The notes beneath the pieces were generated by a model. The model was given only the letters and a program-made list of their open reading frames with translations. It was not told the origin of the DNA and made no database searches. Positions 18,695-26,972 of a stretch of 64,000 nucleotides of DNA are shown here, piece after piece. Within the stretch, counting starts at the first letter, position 1; each line of letters begins with the position of its first letter. Where the stretch lies: the NCBI GenBank assembly GCA_902606835.1, contig CACLHW010000004.1, positions 12,676-76,675 on the forward strand, read 5' to 3'. A program made the position numbers and the translations under genes. The DNA is from an uncultured Pelagibacteraceae bacterium (GTDB lineage: Bacteria; Pseudomonadota; Alphaproteobacteria; Pelagibacterales; Pelagibacteraceae).

Positions 18695-19707
18695 GTTTTT
18701 AATCCAAGTCTATTGACATAAAGTTTTTTAGAGACACTTTTAAAAAAATTTTTATTATTTAGATACCAATCAAAAGTTTGAACTAAACCTTTTTCTATTG
18801 ATATTTTCGCTTTCCAACCTAACTTTTTTTTAATTTTATTATTATTCAATGCATACCTGATATCATGGCCAGGTCTATCTTTTACAAATTTTATTTTTGT
18901 ATTACTATCAATATTTAAATATTTATTTTTTGCTATTTTTAGTAATTTTTGAGCAATATCTACGTTTTTAAGATTTATTCCTGATCCAATGTTATAATTT
19001 TCCCCAACTTTACCTTTTATAAAAATTAATAAAAGAGCCTCACAATGGTCTAGAACATGCATCCATTCTCTGGAATTTTTTCCTCTTCCATATATTGGCA
19101 ACGGTTTATTATTTATAATATTAAAAATTAATTTTGGTATTAATTTTTCAGGAAATTGATTGGGACCATAATTATTACAACAGTTAGAAATAACTGCCTG
19201 AATTTTATAAGTTCTTATATAAGCTTTAATTAGGTGATCTGCACTGGCTTTTGAAGATGAATAGGGAGAGCTTGGGTTATATGGATATTTTTCACTAGAT
19301 CTTCCTTTTAATATATCACCATAAACTTCATCAGTAGATATATGAATAAGTTTAATTTTTTTCTTATACGCCAGAATGGCTTCTAGTAAATTATAAGTTC
19401 CCAAAATATTACTATGGATAAAATTGTATGGTGTATCAATTGAACGATCTACGTGAGTTTCTGCAGCTAAATTAAAAATACCGCTTGGTTTATATTTTTT
19501 TAGAATTTGAGTAATTTTTTTTTTATTATTTAAATCAACTTTTATAAAAAGATAATTTTTATTTTTTTTTAAATCAGCAGTATTATAAGGATTTGCAGAA
19601 TATTTTAATGAATCTATATTAATTACGAAATATCTTTTACTTAATAAAAGTTTTACAAGATTACTTCCTATAAACCCAGAACCACCGGTAACTATTACCT
19701 TTTTCAT
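18691..19707 (-). CDS. rfbB: dTDP-glucose 4,6-dehydratase
   Basis: 338 aa with VTGGSGFIGSN, HISTDEVYGD and YSSSKA (YxxxK). It has a 4-nt overlap with rfbA. Confidence 0.9.
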   Translation of the reverse strand: MKKVIVTGGSGFIGSNLVKLLLSKRYFVINIDSLKYSANPYNTADLKKNKNYLFIKVDLNNKKKITQILKKYKPSGIFNLAAETHVDRSIDTPYNFIHSNILGTYNLLEAILAYKKKIKLIHISTDEVYGDILKGRSSEKYPYNPSSPYSSSKASADHLIKAYIRTYKIQAVISNCCNNYGPNQFPEKLIPKLIFNIINNKPLPIYGRGKNSREWMHVLDHCEALLLIFIKGKVGENYNIGSGINLKNVDIAQKLLKIAKNKYLNIDSNTKIKFVKDRPGHDIRYALNNNKIKKKLGWKAKISIEKGLVQTFDWYLNNKNFFKSVSKKLYVNRLGLKT

Positions 19708-19777
19708 ATTTTGCTTTTTACATTAGTAAAAACTGTTAGTATAGTTGTTATTCTAAAAAGTTAGTATTCATTATACT

Positions 19778-20656
19778 ATGTCAATATCTGGGCAAAATTT
19801 ATCAATTGTAATAGTTACTTTAAAAAGTGAAAAAGTAATACATGACTGCATCAAATCGATTAATCTAAATTTACCAATAATTGTTGTCGAACAATCTAAA
19901 AACAGAAATTTTAAAGATGAACTTGAAAATAAGTATAAAAATTTGAAATGCATTCTTTCAAATTCAAATTTGGGTATGGGCTCTGGTAATAATATTGGTA
20001 TAAAAGCCGCTGATACTGACTATGTGATGATACTAAACCCTGACACAGTTTTAAAAAGCGATACTATTGAAGAACTTATATTTGCAGCAAAATCTTTACC
20101 AAATTTTGAAATTTTAGCACCTTTGGAAGAAGATTTTTCTAATTATGAAATTCATTCAAATAAAGAAAAGATAGATTTAAATTTAGATCAATCACCGTTC
20201 CAAGTCGATTATGTCGATGGATTTGCAATGTTATTAAATAAAAAGAAACTTAAAGACGAAGTGTATTTTGATAAAAATTTTTTTATGTATTTAGAAAATA
20301 ACGACCTATGTTTAAGAACAAGAAAAAATGGGGGCAAAATTTTTATTGCACCTAAATCGAGAATAAAACATTTAGCAGCAAAAGCCGTTGATGAAAAATT
20401 TAGTATTGAAGTTGAATATTCTAGAAACTGGCATTGGATTTGGTCAAAATTTTATTTTAATAAAAAACATTATGGTTATATTAAAGCACTAAAAGAATGT
20501 TTGCCGACCTATTTATCTTCAATGATAAAATTTATATTTTATTTTTTAATTAATAATAAAATGAAAAAAAAAATATATTTTAATAGAGCATCAGGTTTTT
20601 ATAATGCTTTTATCGGAAGATCTTCTTGGTATAGACCAACTATTCCTACGGACTAA
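19778..20656 (+). CDS. Family 2 glycosyltransferase
   Basis: 292 aa with the LSIVIVTLKSE start, NLGMGSGNNIG and MILNPDTVL (DxD-type region), typical of GT2 rhamnosyltransferase-like proteins. Confidence 0.75.
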   Translation: MSISGQNLSIVIVTLKSEKVIHDCIKSINLNLPIIVVEQSKNRNFKDELENKYKNLKCILSNSNLGMGSGNNIGIKAADTDYVMILNPDTVLKSDTIEELIFAAKSLPNFEILAPLEEDFSNYEIHSNKEKIDLNLDQSPFQVDYVDGFAMLLNKKKLKDEVYFDKNFFMYLENNDLCLRTRKNGGKIFIAPKSRIKHLAAKAVDEKFSIEVEYSRNWHWIWSKFYFNKKHYGYIKALKECLPTYLSSMIKFIFYFLINNKMKKKIYFNRASGFYNAFIGRSSWYRPTIPTD

Positions 20657-21192
20657 TGACCTGGAAAATCCATTATGCTAAAAGTTTTATAACCTTTGCT
20701 TTCAAGAGATTTTGTGCCTCCTAAATCAAAAAGATTAATAACAAAAATAAATCCAGAAACTTTTCCACCTGATTTTTGAACCAACTTTGCAGCTGCCTCA
20801 GCTGTACCACCTGTAGCTATTAAATCGTCAACAATAATTACCTTTTCATTAGTTTTGATAGAATCTTTGTGAACTTCTAATGTAGCTTTGCCATATTCTA
20901 ATTCAAAGTCTACAGAATATCTTTCAGCTGGCAATTTATTTTTTTTTCTAAACAAAGCATAAGGTTTATTTAAATTATATGCTAATGGAGAAGCAAAGAT
21001 AAAACCTCTAGATTCTATCGCAGCTATTTTATCAAAATTTAATTTAGTTAATGTTTTTGCCATTTCATCTATACAATTTTTGAATGCAACCTCATCTTTA
21101 ATTAAAGTAGTTATATCTCTAAATAAAATACCTTTTTTAGGATAATCAGGAATTGAACGTATATATTTCTTTAAATCCATTTTTTGCTTCAA
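20653..21192 (-). CDS. apt: Adenine phosphoribosyltransferase
   Basis: 179 aa with IPDYPKKGILFRDIT and the PRPP loop VIIVDDLIATGGTAEAA. Confidence 0.9.
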   Translation of the reverse strand: MKQKMDLKKYIRSIPDYPKKGILFRDITTLIKDEVAFKNCIDEMAKTLTKLNFDKIAAIESRGFIFASPLAYNLNKPYALFRKKNKLPAERYSVDFELEYGKATLEVHKDSIKTNEKVIIVDDLIATGGTAEAAAKLVQKSGGKVSGFIFVINLFDLGGTKSLESKGYKTFSIMDFPGH

Positions 21193-21228
21193 AGTTAATT
21201 AAAAAGATCATATTAATTATAATAAATT

Positions 21229-22104
21229 ATGACAAAAAACAAACTAGCAATTATAGGGGGGAGTGGACTTTATGATATAGAGGGGATGCAAAATCCAAAA
21301 TGGAAATCCATATCAACTCCTTGGGGAAAACCCTCTGATCAAATATTAAATTTAAAATATAAAGGAAAAGAAGTTTGTTTTTTACCTCGGCATGCAAGAG
21401 GACATAAAATTTCACCATCAAATATAAACTTTAGAGCTAACATTGATTCTTTAAAACAATTAGGAGTTACCGATATCGTCTCAGTATCTGCGGTCGGCTC
21501 TTTAAAAGAAGATTTGCCACCAGGAAAATTTGTAATAGTTGATCAATTTATAGATAGAACCTTTGCTAGAAAAAAAACTTTTTTTGATGAAGATATTGTT
21601 GCTCACGTTTCAATGGCTCACCCAACATCAAATGGTTTAATGAATGCGTGTGAAGAAGCAATAAAGAAAGAAAAAATTGATTATCAAAGAGGAGGCACCT
21701 ATGTAGTTATGGAAGGACCTCAATTTTCTACATTAGCAGAATCCAATTTATATAGATCATGGAAAGCAGATGTTATTGGAATGACAAATATGCCGGAAGC
21801 AAAATTAGCAAGAGAAGCAGAAATTAGATACGCATCTGTTTCAATGGTAACAGATTACGATTGCTGGCATCCTGATCATGAAAACGTTGATGTTCAGACA
21901 GTGATTAAAGTTTTATTAGGTAATGCTGAAAAAGCAAAAAATATGGTTAAAAATATTATTGAGAACTTTGAAAATCATATAGATCCTAAAGACCCAACAA
22001 ACAATTGCTTAGACGTAGCAATTATTACAGCTCCAGAAAAAAGAACTAAAAAAACAATTAAAAAATTAAAAACAGTAGCAGGAAGAGTTCTTCTAAAAAA
22101 ATGA
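21229..22104 (+). CDS. mtnP: S-methyl-5'-thioadenosine phosphorylase
   Basis: 291 aa with LAIIGGSGLYD, FLPRHARGH and VIGMTNMPEAKLAREAE, as in MTAP-type PNP-family enzymes. Confidence 0.85.
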   Translation: MTKNKLAIIGGSGLYDIEGMQNPKWKSISTPWGKPSDQILNLKYKGKEVCFLPRHARGHKISPSNINFRANIDSLKQLGVTDIVSVSAVGSLKEDLPPGKFVIVDQFIDRTFARKKTFFDEDIVAHVSMAHPTSNGLMNACEEAIKKEKIDYQRGGTYVVMEGPQFSTLAESNLYRSWKADVIGMTNMPEAKLAREAEIRYASVSMVTDYDCWHPDHENVDVQTVIKVLLGNAEKAKNMVKNIIENFENHIDPKDPTNNCLDVAIITAPEKRTKKTIKKLKTVAGRVLLKK

Positions 22105-23177
22105 AAATAGAAGGAAAAGAATATCGAACAATTTGGTTTGATGAAAAAAATCAAGCTGTAAAAATTATTGATCAAACAAAACTACCTCATCAATTTATAA
22201 TTAAAGATCTTAAAACAGTTAAAGATGCAATTAATGCTATAAAAATAATGGAGGTAAGGGGAGCGCCATTAATAGGTGGAACTGCTGCTTACGGTATTGT
22301 TTTAGCTATTATGGAAAAAAATGATCCTAATTTTATTAAGAAAAGTTCAGAAGAGCTAATTCAATCAAGACCAACGGCAATCAATCTAAAGTGGGCAGTT
22401 GATCGTATGATGAAGAAATTATCAGGGGTTAATAATAATGAATTACTAAAAGTAGCACTTGATGAAGCAAAAGCAATTTGTGAAGAGGATGTTAAGTTTT
22501 GTGAAAATATTGGGTTAAATGGATTAAAAATTATTGAAGAAATTTATAAAAAAAAGAAGGATAAAGTAAACATATTAACCCATTGTAATGCGGGTTGGCT
22601 TGCAACAATTAACTGGGGAACAGCAACATCTCCGATATATCACGCTCATAAAAAAGGAATTCCAGTTCATGTTTGGGTAGATGAGACAAGACCAAGAAAT
22701 CAAGGAGCCAATCTAACCTCATATGAATTAAACGAGGAAAAAATTCCTAATACAATTATCGCTGATAATACTGGTGGAATATTAATGCAAAGAGGTGAAG
22801 TAGATATGTGTATTGTTGGAACCGATAGAACTTTATCTACAGGCGATGTAGCAAACAAAATTGGAACTTATTTAAAAGCTTTAGCAGCTAAAGATAATAA
22901 TGTTCCTTTTTACGTAGCTTTACCTAGTTCAACAATTGATTGGGATATAGAGAATTTTAAAGATATTCCAATTGAAGAAAGAAACTCCGAAGAATTATCT
23001 CACGTTGAAGGTTTAGATGAAAATAATAAAGTAAAAAAAGTAAGAATTTATCCAAAAAAAAGTAAAGCAATGAATTTGGCTTTTGATGTTACTCCTGCCA
23101 AATATGTTACAGGATTAATAACCGAAAAAGGTACTTGTGAAGCATCCAAGGAGGGATTAAAAAAATTATTTAAATGA
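22101..23177 (+). CDS. mtnA: S-methyl-5-thioribose-1-phosphate isomerase
   Basis: 358 aa with IIDQTKLPH, MEVRGAPLIGGTAAYG, THCNAG and VDETRPRNQGA. It has an ATGA overlap with mtnP. Confidence 0.85.
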   Translation: MKIEGKEYRTIWFDEKNQAVKIIDQTKLPHQFIIKDLKTVKDAINAIKIMEVRGAPLIGGTAAYGIVLAIMEKNDPNFIKKSSEELIQSRPTAINLKWAVDRMMKKLSGVNNNELLKVALDEAKAICEEDVKFCENIGLNGLKIIEEIYKKKKDKVNILTHCNAGWLATINWGTATSPIYHAHKKGIPVHVWVDETRPRNQGANLTSYELNEEKIPNTIIADNTGGILMQRGEVDMCIVGTDRTLSTGDVANKIGTYLKALAAKDNNVPFYVALPSSTIDWDIENFKDIPIEERNSEELSHVEGLDENNKVKKVRIYPKKSKAMNLAFDVTPAKYVTGLITEKGTCEASKEGLKKLFK

Positions 23178-23512
23178 GTAATATTACAGCATATATAATT
23201 TTAATTATTGCTGTTGCTTTGGGCACAGCAGCAAATGGTTTTGCAAAAAGCGCACAAGGATTTACAATATTGATACCAAGCATTATCACAGCAATTACAA
23301 TTGTTTTATGTATGTTCACTTTATCGCTTGTAATGAAAGTTATTCCTGTCGGTATAACATATGCTTCGTTTGCTGGACTTTGTATTATAGCAACAGTTTT
23401 AGTTGGAGTTTTTAAATTTAATCAGACGCCTAATCTTTATACAAACATCGGATTAGCTTTAATTATTATAGGTGTATTGATGGTTAATTTGGTTGGTAAG
23501 ACTAATAATTAA
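23174..23512 (+). CDS. SMR-family (EmrE/SugE-like) four-helix membrane protein, atypical (no acidic residues)
   Basis: 112 aa with four hydrophobic segments and the SMR TM3 signature IPVGITYASFAG. It has an ATGA overlap with mtnA. The position of the conserved TM1 Glu is Val (IAVALGT). Confidence 0.7.
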   Translation: MSNITAYIILIIAVALGTAANGFAKSAQGFTILIPSIITAITIVLCMFTLSLVMKVIPVGITYASFAGLCIIATVLVGVFKFNQTPNLYTNIGLALIIIGVLMVNLVGKTNN

Positions 23513-23720
23513 AATGAAAAAAATTATTCCAAAAGTAATTTTTATTGTAGTTGCTATCGTTCTTATTTATTTTCTTAAAACAAATTTTGCTGAATATAAT
23601 ATAGAAAAATCTATTTCAGCATGTGTTTTAGGTGAAAAGAGAACGACGGAATCTTTTGATTTAAAAAAAGCTCAAAAATATTGTGAAGAAGAGATTAGAA
23701 AACAGAAAAAAGGCGATTAG
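23493..23720 (+). CDS. Hypothetical small membrane-anchored protein
   Basis: 75 aa with one N-terminal TM segment (IIPKVIFIVVAIVLIYFL) and a Cys pair in the soluble tail. It overlaps the SMR gene by 20 nt. I recognise no family. Confidence 0.35.
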   Translation: MVRLIIKMKKIIPKVIFIVVAIVLIYFLKTNFAEYNIEKSISACVLGEKRTTESFDLKKAQKYCEEEIRKQKKGD

Positions 23721-23721
23721 T

Positions 23722-25782
23722 TTATCTTAACGACGCAGCTATATTTCCCCCATCAACAGTAAGAACAGCTCCAGTAGTTTTTTTAGAAGTAGCTAAATGA
23801 AAAAAAGCTTTAGCAACATCTTCAGCTTTTACTTCATTTAATAATAAATTTCCTTTCATATAGTCACTAGTACTTACCGCTCTTGCTTTTGCTCTAGTTT
23901 TAATCATTTTGTCTGTCATTAATCCGCTTCTTATTCTGTCAGCATTTACTCCATTAGATCTAATTCCATAAGATCCATAATCAACAGCGTATTGTTTGCA
24001 TAAACTTAGCAAGGCTGATTTAGGTAAACCATAAGGACCGAAATTTTTTCCGGGATTTACAGATTGTTTTGAAATATTAAAAAGAAGACAACCATTAGTA
24101 TTTTGTTTTTTCATTATTTTAACAGCTTCAGAAGCACAATTTTGATGTGAGAAGAAATTAATTTCAAAACTTTTTCTTAATAGCTCGTCACTTACTTCAC
24201 CTATAGATCCACCAGGAGCTGTACCTGCGTTTGAAATTAAAATATCAATTCCACCAAATTTTTCACAGATTTGATTAAAAGCTTTTTTCACACTTTTTTT
24301 ACTTGTTACATCACAATGTATACAAAGATCTTTAATTTTTGATTGCACTTCTTTCAAACGTTCTAAATTATTATCAAGTAGAATAACTTCAGCTCCATAA
24401 CTTTTAAACATTTTATAAGTTTCGAAACCTATAGTTCCAGTACTTCCTGTAACCACAACAACATTGCCTTCAAGAAGTTTTTTCTTCTTTTTTATTTTTG
24501 CCTGTTCTAAAGACCAATATTCAACATCAAACAGGTCTTTTTCTGGAATAAATTTGTAACTAGATGTTTCTTCAACGGAAGAAATTACTCTAGCATTAGT
24601 TTCAGTTAAATCTCCAGCAATTTTTGCTGCATTTAAATCTTTGCCAACACTAAACATGCCAACATTTTGTACTAAAACAACTCTTGGAGAGGTGTCTAGC
24701 ATCACTTTTTTTTCTTTAGTTTTTCTATGATTTACATTGAAATAATGAATATATTTTTTACGATAATTTTCAAAAGCTTTTTTTGCTATTTTTCTAAATT
24801 CTTCTACTGAAGAATTTTTTTTAGGAGTAATTATTAATGGAAATGGTTTTACTCTAATTACGTGATCAGGTGTAGCGGTGCCTTTTGATGAATAGGCTCT
24901 AACATTTTTTCCATTTATGAAATATTTTAGATGTTTATTAAGTCTATAATTAATAACAAATTTTTGATCTTTATTTTCAGATAAAAGACCTCGTATTATT
25001 GGGGCCACTTCATGAGGGTTAAATTTTGGAGAAAATTTTTTAATTTGTTTAATTTTTTTACTTTTTAATTTTTTAATAGTATTTTCAGCTTTTGAAACAT
25101 ACTTTATCATCAAATCGTAAGCTTCTTTGCAATCATTAGCAAAAGTAAAGATTCCATGGTTCATTAATATTAAGCAATTTATTTTTGGATTTTTAGAATA
25201 AACCTCATTGATTTTTTTCGCTAACATGAAACCCGGCATTACATATGGTACTATACTAACTTTATTTCCAAATATTTTTTTGCATAAATTTAATCCACCG
25301 GGTCTATTTGTTATATTAAGCACAGCATCAGCATGAGTATGGTCTACATATTTAAAAGGCAAGAAGGCATGCAAAAATGTTTCAACTGAAGGATTTGGTG
25401 ATTTTATATCAATCAGATTTCTTTTTTGATATGCAACCATATCTTCATCAGATAAATATTTTTTATTTTTTAGAGCTAGCAAAGGGTCTAATTTAACTGC
25501 AGGAAGACCAGGTGGCTCAATATCTGCCATGTCCCAACCACTTCCCTTTACACATAAAACTCTATATTTTTTTCCATCAATATCTTTAATTGTAGTTTTG
25601 ACAGAAGTATTTCCTCCACCATGTAATACTAACTCTTTGTTTCTACCTAGTAGCCGCGTTGTATAAACTCTAAGTGCTAAATCAGCAGAAAATCCAAGCT
25701 TTTCGTACTTTTTTATATATTTTTTTGCAATTTTTTTTGACCAATTATTTTTCAAAATTAAACTCCATAAACTTATTAACAA
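23722..25782 (-). CDS. Bifunctional class II aldolase/adducin-domain + short-chain dehydrogenase fusion (rhamnulose-1-phosphate aldolase/alcohol dehydrogenase-like)
   Basis: 686 aa. The N-terminal half has the class II aldolase pattern (LHGGGNTSVK ... DHTHADAVL ... MNHGIFTF). The C-terminal half is an SDR (VVVTGSTGTIGFE, NAGTAP, YGLPKSA). The start is TTG in the track and may lie up to 9 codons downstream. Confidence 0.8.
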   Translation of the reverse strand: MLISLWSLILKNNWSKKIAKKYIKKYEKLGFSADLALRVYTTRLLGRNKELVLHGGGNTSVKTTIKDIDGKKYRVLCVKGSGWDMADIEPPGLPAVKLDPLLALKNKKYLSDEDMVAYQKRNLIDIKSPNPSVETFLHAFLPFKYVDHTHADAVLNITNRPGGLNLCKKIFGNKVSIVPYVMPGFMLAKKINEVYSKNPKINCLILMNHGIFTFANDCKEAYDLMIKYVSKAENTIKKLKSKKIKQIKKFSPKFNPHEVAPIIRGLLSENKDQKFVINYRLNKHLKYFINGKNVRAYSSKGTATPDHVIRVKPFPLIITPKKNSSVEEFRKIAKKAFENYRKKYIHYFNVNHRKTKEKKVMLDTSPRVVLVQNVGMFSVGKDLNAAKIAGDLTETNARVISSVEETSSYKFIPEKDLFDVEYWSLEQAKIKKKKKLLEGNVVVVTGSTGTIGFETYKMFKSYGAEVILLDNNLERLKEVQSKIKDLCIHCDVTSKKSVKKAFNQICEKFGGIDILISNAGTAPGGSIGEVSDELLRKSFEINFFSHQNCASEAVKIMKKQNTNGCLLFNISKQSVNPGKNFGPYGLPKSALLSLCKQYAVDYGSYGIRSNGVNADRIRSGLMTDKMIKTRAKARAVSTSDYMKGNLLLNEVKAEDVAKAFFHLATSKKTTGAVLTVDGGNIAASLR

Positions 25783-25844
25783 GGTATTTTTAGTTGTAAA
25801 AAATAAAATAACAAGTTAAAAAAAAGTATCGAGTCGATAAAAAA

Positions 25845-26888
25845 ATGAAAAAAGTTGGAGAACACGTTACGATAGATTTTTTAGGTGTTAAACAGGATTA
25901 TTCTCCTGAATTTTACAATAAAGTTATCTATAAAATTGCCAAAAAAACCAGAGTAGAAGTTATTAATATTGCTGAAAAGGTGTTTAAACCTCAAGGATAT
26001 ACGTGCGTTGCACTTTTGGCAGAAAGCCACATGAGTTTTCACACTTTTCCAGAAAAAGGAATAATTAGTTTTGATTTTTTCACTTGTGCAAAAATTTCAC
26101 CAACAGCAGCGCTAGATATATTAAAAAAAGAGATTAAGCATGAAAGAGCTGTAGTAAGAAATTTTGATAGAAGTAATAAAGGTGTATATGAAGATATATA
26201 TAGTACACCAGGCCATCAAAAATATTATGTTGTTAATGATGTTTTAGAAAATTTTATATCAAAAGTAGGGCAGCATATTGAAATAATGAAATTAGAAGAA
26301 TTTGGAAATGCTTTATTTATAGATAGTGAATTGCAAGTCGCAGAGAAAGATGAAAAGAAATATAGTGGACAATTTGTTAATTCTGCACTTAGTTTATCAA
26401 AAGAAAATTCAAATGCAGCTATAATTGGTGGTGGAGATGGTGGTGTAGCAAGGGAATGTTTGTCAAAAGGGTTTGATTTAATTGATTGGTTTGAGCTAGA
26501 TCCCGAAGTGGTTAAAGTTTGTCAAAAACATCTCCCTAAAATCTGTGGAGAAGTTAAAGCTAATAATAATGTAAAAACATGTTGGGGAGATGCTTTCGAG
26601 AGTATTAAAAAAGTGAAAGACTCAAAATATGATAAAATTTTTGTAGATCTTAATGACGATCAGTTTTGCATAGATCTTGCAGCAAGAAATATGAAAAGTT
26701 TAAAAAGAATTCTAAAACCTGGTGGAGTTATAACTGCTCAAGTCGGAACTGTATCTAAAAAACCAAGACAGGTTAACAACTGGTTAAAAGTTCTTGACCA
26801 GAATTTTGGAAATGTAAAATTAGACGAAGCTTTAATACCAAGCTTTGATTGTCGTTGGAATTTTGCGTCTTCTATAATGAAATCCTAA
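25845..26888 (+). CDS. Fusion protein: pyruvoyl-dependent S-adenosylmethionine decarboxylase (N-terminal) + spermidine synthase-type aminopropyltransferase (C-terminal)
   Basis: 347 aa. Residues 1 to about 110 match small bacterial AdoMetDC, including the self-cleavage site LLAE/SHMSFHTFPE (Ser61 codon at 26025-26027). Residues from about 130 to the end carry IIGGGDGGVAREC, ELDPEVV and DKIFVDLND of spermidine synthases. Confidence 0.75.
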   Translation: MKKVGEHVTIDFLGVKQDYSPEFYNKVIYKIAKKTRVEVINIAEKVFKPQGYTCVALLAESHMSFHTFPEKGIISFDFFTCAKISPTAALDILKKEIKHERAVVRNFDRSNKGVYEDIYSTPGHQKYYVVNDVLENFISKVGQHIEIMKLEEFGNALFIDSELQVAEKDEKKYSGQFVNSALSLSKENSNAAIIGGGDGGVARECLSKGFDLIDWFELDPEVVKVCQKHLPKICGEVKANNNVKTCWGDAFESIKKVKDSKYDKIFVDLNDDQFCIDLAARNMKSLKRILKPGGVITAQVGTVSKKPRQVNNWLKVLDQNFGNVKLDEALIPSFDCRWNFASSIMKS

Positions 26889-26972
26889 ATAATTCAACTA
26901 TTTCACGTATTAATTTTTCTGGAATAATCTTTTTTTTAACCCTACTATTATAATTATTTATAAAGGGGGAAT

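Noticed and set aside
23150-23180. Guanidine-type (ykkC / mini-ykkC) riboswitch in front of the SMR gene
   Set aside because: The SMR start overlaps the mtnA stop (ATGA), so there is no intergenic leader.
23722-25782. Annotating the aldolase/SDR fusion as rhamnose-catabolic RhaEW because dTDP-rhamnose genes are in the window
   Set aside because: The rfb genes are biosynthetic and lie ~4 kb away. No rhaA, rhaB, rhaM or rhamnose transporter genes are present. The immediate neighbours are MTA-salvage and polyamine genes. The rhamnose role cannot be excluded without a phylogeny.
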